Source: Deferrisomatales bacterium (lineage in GTDB: Bacteria; Desulfobacterota; Deferrisomatia; Deferrisomatales; JACRMM01). From it: 51,053 nucleotides of DNA. Both the position numbers and the translations under genes were made by a program. Location: the NCBI GenBank assembly GCA_033551855.1, contig JAWSUI010000008.1, positions 1-51,053 of the forward strand, written 5' to 3'. Below are positions 9,633-20,649 of this stretch, piece after piece (the first letter of the stretch is position 1; the number at the start of each line of letters is the position of its first letter). Below the pieces are notes generated by a model. That model did no database searches. It had not been told where the DNA came from and worked only from the letters and a program-made list of their open reading frames with translations.

Positions 9633-11323
9633 GCGTCGCCCCCGTCGTCACCCAGACCCGCAAACAGCGGCAGGTCGGTCACCGCCTTCTGCCTCTTCGG
9701 CTTCTTCTCTCCGTTGGCCGGCGGCAGGTCCTCCGCCATCGGCAGGTTCTGCACGTTGAGGCTGTAGTCGTCTTTGCCCCACTCACAGCGGTTCAGCACC
9801 GCGGCGGGGATCTTCTTCACGGTGAGGTTTGCGAACTCCACCGTGTTGGCGCGAAAAGCAGAGCAGTAGACGAGCAAACTCCGCTCCTCCCCGACCTCGT
9901 CGGCGATCTGCCGGAGCTGGTCGCCACTGAGGTTCTGCGTCGTCACGTAGATGAAGTCGCGCTCGGTGGAGTGGCCATGCTGCCAGAAGACCGTGTCGCT
10001 GGGGGCATAGGTGAAGCCCGCCAGCTTGCACACGGCCTCGGCCAGCATCGCCGCGTTGTAGCTCCTCGAAACGACCCAGTTGCCCCACTTGTCCTTCTCC
10101 AGCAGGGAGGGGGCGAGACGATAGAAGCGGAAGCCTCCGCCGCCCTTCCATTCTACGGTCCCGGTGACGCCACCGGGATCGGCGCCATCGATCACCTTCT
10201 TGAGGCGGGGGGCGCAGTGAGTGACTGCGTGCTCACCCAGTTCTACGCCTATCCAGCGACGGCCCATCTTGTGGGCGACGGCAGCTGTGGTGCCAGAGCC
10301 AAGGAACGAGTCGAGTACAAGGTCGCCCCGCACCGTGCAGCATTCTAGTAACTCAGAGATCAAAGCCTCTGGCTTAGGGAAAGAGAACTTTCCCTTCTGG
10401 CCGAACAGCGCGACGCTTTCATAGGTCCCGTGCTGCGTATAGGCACCCTCGATTATAGACTTCGGTTTCCTTCTGCGCTCCTCCCCACCAGGGTCCCTCA
10501 AGTACTGCTTGTATGATACTGTGTAGCCTCTCTTGGTCTTGGTGAAGACGATTTCGTTATTCTTCCTGGCCTGTTCGACGCGATCTTTAGACCACTGCCA
10601 CTGCTTGGTAGGCCAGATCTCCGTGCCATCGTCAGCAATGATCGCGTACCTAAGATTCGGACGGTCATCCATGCTGGTGGTCCCAAGTGGTTGCAGTCGG
10701 TAGGGACCTCGAGTGGACAACTTCTCGTCGGTAAGCTTGTAGTATTTCTTGATTGCCTCAGGGTCTGGTGGCAGGAAGAATAGGGGCGTGAGAGATAGAT
10801 CTTTCGCATACACCAGAACGAACTCGTGTTGGTTAACGATAAATCTTGACTTGGCCCCTCCTCCGTAGCTCTTCTTCCAAGCCATCACCTCAAGTCGATT
10901 TTGTCTTCCAAAGATCTCGTCTAGGAGAGCGCCAAGATAGAATAGCTCATTAGAGTCTACTGAGCAGAATAGAACTCCATCAGGCCGAAGAAGTCGACGC
11001 AACAAGGCCGCTCGTTCTCTAATAAGGCTCAGCCATAGAGAATGCTCAACTCCATCGTCGTAGTGCTCAAACGCACTTCCGGTATTGTATGGTGGATCAA
11101 TGTAGATACATTTGACCTTCCCCGCATGCTCCTGCTCTAATGCCTTCAGCGCCAACAGGTTGTCCCCGTGGATGAGGATGTTGCTGAAGACGTCATTCTC
11201 GGTTACTCGGTGAGGGGCATGGTAGGAGAGCTCCGGGTCTTCGATTAGCACCCGGGGCTCCAGCCGCGGCCGGTTTTCCTTCCCGATCCAGGTGAGCTCG
11301 AGCTTCTGCTTGCGGTCCTTCAT
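9629..11323 (-). CDS. mod: Type III adenine DNA methyltransferase subunit
   Basis: KLELTWIGK, IHGDNLLALK, IDPPYNTG, FPKPE, DSFLGSGTT (beta-class order). Confidence 0.93.
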   Translation of the reverse strand: MKDRKQKLELTWIGKENRPRLEPRVLIEDPELSYHAPHRVTENDVFSNILIHGDNLLALKALEQEHAGKVKCIYIDPPYNTGSAFEHYDDGVEHSLWLSLIRERAALLRRLLRPDGVLFCSVDSNELFYLGALLDEIFGRQNRLEVMAWKKSYGGGAKSRFIVNQHEFVLVYAKDLSLTPLFFLPPDPEAIKKYYKLTDEKLSTRGPYRLQPLGTTSMDDRPNLRYAIIADDGTEIWPTKQWQWSKDRVEQARKNNEIVFTKTKRGYTVSYKQYLRDPGGEERRRKPKSIIEGAYTQHGTYESVALFGQKGKFSFPKPEALISELLECCTVRGDLVLDSFLGSGTTAAVAHKMGRRWIGVELGEHAVTHCAPRLKKVIDGADPGGVTGTVEWKGGGGFRFYRLAPSLLEKDKWGNWVVSRSYNAAMLAEAVCKLAGFTYAPSDTVFWQHGHSTERDFIYVTTQNLSGDQLRQIADEVGEERSLLVYCSAFRANTVEFANLTVKKIPAAVLNRCEWGKDDYSLNVQNLPMAEDLPPANGEKKPKRQKAVTDLPLFAGLGDDGGDA

Positions 11324-11379
11324 CCGGTCCTCGATCGTGCTTCCGGCAATTCAGGGTCAAGCTAACGCCAAGCTAAGAG

Positions 11380-11454
11380 TGTAGGTCGGGGCTCGCCCCG
11401 ACGGCCTCCCGATACGAGGCGGCCTGACCACGTCGGGGCAAGCCCCGACCTGCA
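11380..11454. repeat. GTAG-type REP doublet (REPIN-like)
   Basis: tGTAGGTCGGGGCTCGCCCCGAC ...29 nt... GTCGGGGCAAGCCCCGACCTGCa: two inverted, internally palindromic units. Confidence 0.75.
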
Positions 11455-11578
11455 ACTTCGATGGCTTCACGCAACGCGAGGACTGTCCCGACGTTCCAGA
11501 GGCGCCGCTGCCAGGGCGTACCCGCGCCGAAGAAGTCGAGCAGGCGGCTCGCCACCTGCTGTGGGTAGATATCGCCAT
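11455..11578 (-). pseudogene. Frameshifted 5' remnant of an unidentified gene, ending at the REP
   Basis: MAISTHSR / VASRLLDFFGAGTPWQRRLWNVGTVLALREAIEVA in two frames. Confidence 0.4.
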
Positions 11579-11593
11579 CGAGAATGCGCGGTG

Positions 11594-12472
11594 CTATCCT
11601 GGCTTCACAATCGAGACTGCACAGAGGGAATCGCTCCGGACGCTTCGTGCGGAAAGAGCCATTCCCTCTTTACTTTCTTGGTTTGAGCCGCCCGTCAGCG
11701 GGTCCTCCTGGCCGTGGGGACCGCCTCCGATGGTGGTTCGCACCGGTGCAGTGCTCTCGCGACCGTCCCTTGGCATCTCGCCCCAGGTCCGCCCGTCCAG
11801 CACCCGCCCAGCCGCCTTCTTGTTCCGGCCACCCCACTGTTTGAAGAAGAACGGCACCCCCGCGGCGAGGCACTGGTCCCGCAGGTCTCGCGCCCACGCG
11901 GGGTCTATCGGCCGGGCGCCCGGACCCGATTCGCCGCCGGCAATGACCCAGTGGATGCCGGCCAGGTCGAGGCCGGTCAGGGGCCCGAGCAGGGGCTCGG
12001 CGGAGAGAAAACGCACGGCGGCGGGGACGGTGCGGAGGTCGTCGATCCGCTCTCGGACGTCAGTGCACTCCACGGTCACGCCCATCCAGACGTTCTCGGG
12101 CCAGGGCAGCCGCGGGGCCGTCCGGCGTAGCCGGCCGGCGCGCTTGGTCAGCACCTGGAACCGGTGCCACGTCGCCGCCTCCATGGTCTCGAACACTCGG
12201 CGGATAAACGCCTCGGGCACCTCGTCGTGGAAGAGATCGCCCATGGAGTTGACGAACACCTGCCGCGGCCGGCGCCAGGTGAGCGGGAGCCGAAGGGTGT
12301 GGGGGTGGATGGCGACCTCGAAGCCCTTCCGGTAGTTGGGCTGGCCCATGGCCCGCAGGCGGACCGCCATGCGCTCGGCGTAGCAGTTCCGGCAGCCGGG
12401 GCTCACCTTGGTGCAGCCCGTCACCGGGTTCCAGGTGGCGTCGGTCCACTCGATCGTCGATTGGAGGCCCAT
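11594..12472 (-). CDS. DUF5131 (phage Gp37/Gp68) family protein
   Basis: IEWTDATWNPVTGCTKVSPGCRNCYAE, FVNSMGDLFH, SAEPLLG, WVIAGGESG, FFFKQWGG; C-terminal tail appears extended. Confidence 0.92.
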   Translation of the reverse strand: MGLQSTIEWTDATWNPVTGCTKVSPGCRNCYAERMAVRLRAMGQPNYRKGFEVAIHPHTLRLPLTWRRPRQVFVNSMGDLFHDEVPEAFIRRVFETMEAATWHRFQVLTKRAGRLRRTAPRLPWPENVWMGVTVECTDVRERIDDLRTVPAAVRFLSAEPLLGPLTGLDLAGIHWVIAGGESGPGARPIDPAWARDLRDQCLAAGVPFFFKQWGGRNKKAAGRVLDGRTWGEMPRDGRESTAPVRTTIGGGPHGQEDPLTGGSNQESKEGMALSARSVRSDSLCAVSIVKPG

Positions 12473-12476
12473 GGGC

Positions 12477-12874
12477 TCACCTGCGGAGGATGTGCTCCGC
12501 GATCTTCAAGGCCGTCGGCGCACCCTTGGGATTGGCCGCGGCAAAGCACAGAAGATAGAGCGGGATGTTCTGGGGCCCCATGAGGGGGAGCGGGTTCTCG
12601 GCCACCGCGGCGAGGGTTGAACCTGAAGGGCCATGCGGGCCGAGCCGTCCAGGAACATGGACGGCTCGCTTTCCGACAGTTCGGGAAACAAGAGCGATTG
12701 GGAACGCTCGGGGTCCTTCAGCTCGCGGTAGCCGGTACCCGCAAAGGCGTCGATGTATGCGAACCGGAGCCCCTTGCCCTTGAGAACCTGCACGTAAGCC
12801 GTCAGGTACCGCTGAACTCGCTCCAGCTTATCCTGAGTCCATCCACCGCCGAATCGCTGCAACGACTTGGCCAT
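12477..12874 (-). pseudogene. tcmP: Three-Cys-motif partner protein with internal deletion and frameshift
   Basis: N-terminal FGGGWTQDKL...YIDAFAGTG...DGSARMALQVQP joined out of frame to C-terminal VAENPLPL...PLYLLCFAAANPKGAPTALKIAEHILRR*. Confidence 0.8.
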
Positions 12875-12921
12875 ACGCTCCCCCTTCCCCAGGTCCGCTC
12901 CCCTTTGGTTCGTCGGAGGGC

Positions 12922-13030
12922 AGCGAAGACGCGCGGCATGGTCACCCCCGGAGGACGGCGCGGCGCGCGGGGCGCCGAGACTGGGTGCTCTTGTACGACG
13001 CCGGCGGGGGCGGGGTCAACGGCGCCGGGC
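12922..13030 (-). repeat. Island repeat copy 1 (promoter + RBS + MPRVF start)
   Basis: Core GCGCGGCATGGTCACCCCCGGAGGACGGCGCGGCGCGCGGGGCGCCG...GGGGTCAAC shared with copies 2 and 3; ATG at 12939. Confidence 0.9.
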
Positions 13031-13066
13031 CGGCGCGGTTCTCTCCGGGCTTGGGGACGTCGATTC

Positions 13067-13231
13067 GTTGCCCCCGTGGATGAGGATGTTGTCGAAGAGG
13101 TCGTTCTCGGCCACCCGCTCTCGGGCATGGTACAAGAGCGCTGGATCCTCCAGGAGGATGCGCGGCTCCAGCCGCGGCCGGTTCTCCTTCCCGATCCAGG
13201 TGAGCTCGAGCTACTGCTTGCGGTGGGTCAT
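13067..13231 (-). pseudogene. Second, truncated copy of the mod 5' end
   Basis: MTHRKQ*LELTWIGKENRPRLEPRILLEDP...NDLFDNILIHGGN aligns with 11159-11323; TAG at codon 7. Confidence 0.9.
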
Positions 13232-13247
13232 CACGGTTCCTTCAGCC

Positions 13248-13268
13248 GTAGGTCGGGGCTTGCTCGAC
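13248..13268. repeat. Single degenerate GTAG REP
   Basis: GTAGGTCGGGGCTTGCTCGAC, similar to the units at 11381 and 11432. Confidence 0.65.
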
Positions 13269-13314
13269 GCGTCCCTGTTTCTCCAGCGCTCGGAACGTCT
13301 TCGTCTCCGCAAGC

Positions 13315-13569
13315 TCAGTAGTGATACCGGCACTGCAGAACGACGAGGCAGTCGCCTTCGATGCGATACACGAGACGGTGTTCCTCGGTAATCCGGCGCG
13401 ACCAGCATCCGCTCAGGACGTGTCGGAGGGGCTCGGGTTTGCCGGTGCCGGAGTCGGGCGTGCGAAGGGCTTCCCGCAGCAGCGAGTTGATCCGCTGCAG
13501 GAGCTTTCGGTCGGTCTTCTGCCAGTAGAGGTAGTCCTCCCAGGCACCCTCGTGGAAGCTAATCCTCAT
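13315..13569 (-). CDS. yoeB: Txe/YoeB-family toxin
   Basis: AWEDYLYWQKTD, GTGKPEPLRH.LSGCWSRRITEEHRLVY, CRYHY C-terminus. Confidence 0.95.
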   Translation of the reverse strand: MRISFHEGAWEDYLYWQKTDRKLLQRINSLLREALRTPDSGTGKPEPLRHVLSGCWSRRITEEHRLVYRIEGDCLVVLQCRYHY

Positions 13570-13816
13570 CGATCAGTTCTCGGGGCTCGTGCTTCCCCTG
13601 CGACACGTCCCCCACGGCCTTGAGGAGGCGTGCGGCGTTGGCCGGGCTCCGAAGGAGGAAGGCGGTCTCCTGCCAGGAGTTGAAGTCCTCCAGAGACAGC
13701 ATCACCACCGACTCCCCTTTCTGCCGCGTGATGACGATGGGCTCGTGGTCCTGCACGACCCGGTCCATGGTCTTGGCGAGGTCGTTGCGAGCGCGGGTGT
13801 ATGAGATGGCATTCAT
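13559..13816 (-). CDS. yefM: Phd/YefM-family antitoxin
   Basis: MNAISYTRARNDLAKTMDRV..DHEPIVITR...ETAFLLRSPANAARL. Confidence 0.95.
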   Translation of the reverse strand: MNAISYTRARNDLAKTMDRVVQDHEPIVITRQKGESVVMLSLEDFNSWQETAFLLRSPANAARLLKAVGDVSQGKHEPRELIDED

Positions 13817-13827
13817 GGTATCCCTCC

Positions 13828-13848
13828 TGTTCAATGTTCTGTACAGAA
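13828..13848. promoter_or_regulatory. YefM-type operator
   Basis: Palindrome TTCTGTACAGAA (13837-13848) plus TGTTCA 12 bp away, matching the paired TGTACA sites known for yefM-yoeB. Confidence 0.7.
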
Positions 13849-13945
13849 TACTACCGCCTTCGCCCGAACGTCCAGGGGCGCCAGGACCGCAGCGCCCGAG
13901 TGTATCCCCTGACGGCGAGACTTCGAGCACCCTGCCCGGCGCGGC

Positions 13946-14428
13946 TCAGGTCAACTGCCACCTAGCAGAGAGGAGCGTCAGAATGTAGGAGTTGAGGGAC
14001 ACGCCATCCGCGGCGGCGCCTCTGCGAGCTCGGCGTGCAGGATCTTGGGCATGCGCAGGCGTAACCGGCCGCTCGCCCCGGGGAGAAAGCGGGGCTCGGG
14101 AATCGGGTCTCCCCTCTCCCCTCTCCCTCATGGCGTCCAGGAAGGCCTCCTGCGCAATCTCCAACTCTTTGAGCGCCTCTTCCTCGGCGTCGTCGAACGC
14201 GCTCAGCCCCGGGAGCTCGGGCACGGTGGCAATGTAGGCCTGATCCTCGTCGCTCCAGTGGATGGCGACGGAGTAGCGAACTCGGGGCGCTCCTTCCCCC
14301 TCGGCCAGGACCCGCCAGCCGAGCCCGTTCCCGCTTCGGATGCCGAGTGTGGCCCGGGTCGAGACGGCCAGGGTTTCGCGCAGGGCGGGGAGGAAGGGGT
14401 GCTCGATGGCGTCGAAGATGCGCGGCAT
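13946..14428 (-). pseudogene. hicB: HicB-family antitoxin remnant fused in frame to the MPRIFD start of repeat copy 2
   Basis: YSVAIHWSDEDQAYIATVPELPGLSAF. The RHH segment SGRLRLRMPKILHAEL lies in another frame between two compensating frameshifts. No hicA. Confidence 0.7.
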
Positions 14429-14535
14429 GGTCACCCCCGGAGGACGGCGCGGCGCGCGGGGCGCCGGGATTGCGTGCCTTTGTGCGACGCCGGCGGGGGC
14501 GGGGTCAACGGGGGCGGGCCGCTGCGTGCGGCGCC
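14353..14535 (-). repeat. Island repeat copy 2 (promoter + RBS + MPRIFD start)
   Basis: Encodes MPRIFDAIEHPFLPALRETLAVSTRA; ATG at 14428. Confidence 0.9.
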
Positions 14536-14561
14536 TACGTGGAAGAGTCCCGCTCTGCTTC

Positions 14562-14981
14562 CTACCCTGTCCGGGGTTGACACCCAACCGCCTCCTCCGC
14601 CCACCGGACCACCGCCTCTGCCAGCCGAAGGGCCTCGGCGACCTCACGCTCGGATACCTCGCCCCAGAAGCCCGGATAGCGCGTCTCGACCGCATAGGGC
14701 GTCAGCGCGTCCGCTTCGGCGAAGGCGGGGGGCACGTCAATGCCCGCGGCGGCCATGGTGTCGAGGAGCTCGCTCAGGTCGTGGGTGAACGGGAAGTCTA
14801 CCTGTCGGTGGAGGAGGATGGCCTTGAAGGCCTTCTCCACGGCCTGCTGGGCGTGAAAGCAGAGCTGCTCGGGCAGGACCGCTCCCTCGAGGCCCAGCTT
14901 CGCCAGGGTCAGATCGCTTCGCGCGTGGGCGAGCCACTGCCCGGGATGCAGCGCCCCGGACGGTCTAGGCGGCGGCGTCAT
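14562..14981 (-). CDS. HEPN domain protein (MNT-HEPN pair)
   Basis: WLAHARSDL, CFHAQQAVEKAFKA, THDLSELL, LTPYAVETRYPG. Confidence 0.9.
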   Translation of the reverse strand: MTPPPRPSGALHPGQWLAHARSDLTLAKLGLEGAVLPEQLCFHAQQAVEKAFKAILLHRQVDFPFTHDLSELLDTMAAAGIDVPPAFAEADALTPYAVETRYPGFWGEVSEREVAEALRLAEAVVRWAEEAVGCQPRTG

Positions 14982-15609
14982 AGACCACCCTGCCGTTCCG
15001 AAGGACCTCGCGATAGATCAGGCCGGGCTCCTCGCCGACCGCGTCGAGAGTCTTCTCCCCCACTACCAGAACGTCCACGGGCATGCCCACGCCCCTGAGG
15101 GCGCGCCGGATGCGAACGCTCTCCCGGCGCGGGTTCTCCGGCTCGTGGGCCGTGACGACGAGGACGTCGAGGTCGCTGTGTCGGTGCGGGGTGCCTCGCA
15201 CGTGGGAGCCAAACACGATGACGCGGCGCGGGCGGCACACCTCGACGATCCTTCGGACTGCAGCGTCGACCTTCTCCGGGGTCACCCGCCACGGGGTGTC
15301 CATCGCACCCGCCTGGTCTCTCGGCGACCGCTGGGCACCCACCGGTGACATCTGCACACTCAGTCCCGCACCCAGCGCGTGCGCCAGCCGGGCCATGGTC
15401 CTTAGGGTGAAGTTCGCCTCCCCCCCGAGAATCTTGGTCACGTAGGCCGGGCTGGTGCCGAGGCGCTCGGCGAGCTCGCTCTTGGTGAGCCCCAGGGCCT
15501 CCATCCGCTCGTAGATCTCCTCCGTGAAGTCCAGGACCGCGCGCTCTTCCCAGTATGCATCGCCCTGACGAGCCTCATTGAATATCTCTCTAAACGACTT
15601 CGTGCTCAC
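14965..15609 (-). CDS. XRE-HTH (HigA-like) antitoxin fused in frame to a minimal nucleotidyltransferase (MNT)
   Basis: GTG start after GAGGAG; LTKSELAERLGTSPAYVTKIL..NFTLRTM HTH. No stop before the internal ATG at 15303, then VFGSHVRG...SDLDVLV and PVDVLV MNT motifs. Confidence 0.8.
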   Translation of the reverse strand: MSTKSFREIFNEARQGDAYWEERAVLDFTEEIYERMEALGLTKSELAERLGTSPAYVTKILGGEANFTLRTMARLAHALGAGLSVQMSPVGAQRSPRDQAGAMDTPWRVTPEKVDAAVRRIVEVCRPRRVIVFGSHVRGTPHRHSDLDVLVVTAHEPENPRRESVRIRRALRGVGMPVDVLVVGEKTLDAVGEEPGLIYREVLRNGRVVYDAAA

Positions 15610-15613
15610 AATT

Positions 15614-16009
15614 TTACTCCTCAACCCGAATATTGCCGGTCTCCTTGGCTTCGAAGTACTCGGTCTTGAGCCGCTCGGCGTTTTGAATATCGCCCCTGAT
15701 GTTGGTCTTCTTCTTGAAAGCATGAGTGCACACGATGATCTGCCTACCGTCGAAGAAGCAGAAGATGCGATAGGGCTTGGGCTTGAATTCAAAGACGCCG
15801 TCCGATCCCTTCAAGGGCCGAAACTGTTCAGGGTTCCTTGGCGGTCCCCGATCCGCCGCCCGCTCTAGGAATGCGGCCATCTTCGCACGAGCAGCAGGGT
15901 CGTCCCGGCCGATCTCCTCGAGGAAATCCTGGAGCTCGCAGCGACCGTCGTTTGCGGCCGCGGCCAGGACTCGGCATACGGGGCCTGCTGCCATCTGCTT
16001 CAGACGCAT
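15614..16009 (-). CDS. RelE/HigB (Gp49-like) toxin
   Basis: GVFEFK...YRIFCFFDGRQIIVCTHAFKKKT; lies upstream of the HTH antitoxin (higBA order). Confidence 0.8.
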   Translation of the reverse strand: MRLKQMAAGPVCRVLAAAANDGRCELQDFLEEIGRDDPAARAKMAAFLERAADRGPPRNPEQFRPLKGSDGVFEFKPKPYRIFCFFDGRQIIVCTHAFKKKTNIRGDIQNAERLKTEYFEAKETGNIRVEE

Positions 16010-16037
16010 ATTTAACCTACGGGTTAATATTCGTCAA
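16009..16037 (-). promoter_or_regulatory. Promoter with palindromic operator for the higBA-like module
   Basis: TTGACG-N17-TAAATA overlapping inverted repeat TTAACC-tacg-GGTTAA (16012-16027). Confidence 0.6.
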
Positions 16038-16209
16038 GAGAGCGTTCCACCTTGAGCACCTCCGGCCAGCACGCACTGAGGGCCCTGCAGCCGGTTGTGA
16101 GTCGAGCGCTCCCCCACAGATGGACACGAAGCGACGCGGGCTCGCGGTGTTCGGCCAATTGGCTCGGCACCTGCCTTTCGGCGGTCATGCCTGCCTGGGG
16201 CGAGGGCCC

Positions 16210-16326
16210 CCCAAAGCCGCTGAGACCGAAGCTGCGGACGCAGAAGTCGGCTCGGGTCGAGACGGTCACCGTCTCTCGGAGCGCCGGGAGGAGGGACTGC
16301 TCGATGTTAGCGAAGATGCGCGGCAT
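16210..16326 (-). pseudogene. 5' remnant of a probable PLD/SNF2-type helicase gene
   Basis: MPRIFANIEQSLLPALRETVTVSTRADFCVRSFGLSGF resembles the MPRIFDNI...ADFCVGYFNLRGW start of R-M-associated helicases (recalled, not searched). Confidence 0.55.
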
Positions 16327-16436
16327 TGGTTTACCCCCGGAGGGCGGCGCGGCGCGCGGGGCGCCGAGACTGGGTGCCCTTGTACGACGCTGGCGGGGGC
16401 AGGGTCAGCGGGGGCGGGCCTTTGTGCTTGGCGCCC
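16251..16436 (-). repeat. Island repeat copy 3
   Basis: Third diverged copy, ~130 bp downstream of the carB stop; ATG at 16326. Confidence 0.9.
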
Positions 16437-16565
16437 AGGCCGGGGGTTCGTCGCTCGCCGGGGCGAGCCCCGCCCTGCGGTTGGAGCTGTGCGTCGCTCC
16501 GCAGGGCGGGACCTACTCCGGGGCCTTCCCCCGGTGGCCGTTCTCTCGCGCCCCCGGGCCCAGGG

Positions 16566-19766
<3,201 letters not shown>

Positions 19767-19824
19767 GGGTGCTCCTTCCCGCAGGCAGGGGACGCGCGGG
19801 GCAATGGGGTCGAGCGGCGGACCG

Positions 19825-19853
19825 TTCATAGTGGGTTCCACGGCTGGCGTCAA
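19825..19853 (-). promoter_or_regulatory. Sigma-70-like promoter for carB
   Basis: TTGACG-N17-TATGAA on the minus strand. Confidence 0.5.
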
Positions 19854-20040
19854 GGGCGATCCGGGGGCGACCTTGGGCGGGGTCGGGTGACACCGAGGAG
19901 AGGATGGCGTACCATGCGCCGCAGTGCACGGCCCTCCCGATCCCGTAAAGGATGACGGAGGCTCCCAGGCCGGGGAACAGGGGGCGGTCCCGAGACCCGC
20001 GAGCGCACGTGGCGGAGCACGCGGAGGCGGGCAGGCACCG

Positions 20041-20328
20041 ATGGCGGAGCGCACCGACGCACGCATCCCGGTGGAGGAGCTCCTGGAGTTTCCCGTCCGG
20101 TACAGCTTCAAGGTGATCGGCCACCACACCCGTGAGCTCTCGGACGAGGCCTACGCTGCCGTCCGCGGGGCGCTGGAAGAGGGCCGGCGGGTGGAGCTCC
20201 GCACCCGCCTGAGCAGCAAAGGGGCCTACCTCTCCGTCACCCTGACCGCGAGGATCCAGTCCGCAGAGGAGCTGAAGGCGGTCTACCGCGCCCTGCGGTT
20301 GGTGAACGGCGTCATCACCCTCCTCTGA
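20041..20328 (+). CDS. DUF493/YbeD-family protein
   Basis: LLEFPVRYSFKVIG...SSKGAYLSVT...VYRAL. Confidence 0.85.
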   Translation: MAERTDARIPVEELLEFPVRYSFKVIGHHTRELSDEAYAAVRGALEEGRRVELRTRLSSKGAYLSVTLTARIQSAEELKAVYRALRLVNGVITLL

Positions 20329-20649
20329 ATCCCCCCGGGAGTCAGCCCCGACGGCCGGGGGGCCGGCCATCGGCTCCAACCGAAACCCCCTTGTCCCGCG
20401 GGTCGCCGACCCCTTGGCGGCGGACGGGGTGGAGTGCAACGACCGGCCCCGGGGTCCCACGCGCATCGGCCTCGAGGGTGAGCCGGATGGCGCCCCACCT
20501 TTGGCCTCGGCACGTGCGGGGGGCGGCGGCACCCGTTGACCCCGGTCGTGGGTCTGCTACAGTTCGTGCCGGCGGGAGGCCGGGCCTGGGGTGCTGCCGG
20601 CGCGGCGGTTCGGGGTCTCACGGGGCGGGCACCCCACGGGGAGAGGATC

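Noticed and set aside
12922..16436. Island repeats or the 23040 repeats as a CRISPR array
   Set aside because: Unit and spacer sizes are wrong (kb-scale gene cargo, or 10-bp tandem units) and there are no cas genes.
19767..20129. N-terminal extensions in the ORF track (carB, ParE antitoxin, yefM, aminotransferase, MATE, kamA-like)
   Set aside because: RBS positions, gene overlaps and family N-termini support the shorter starts.
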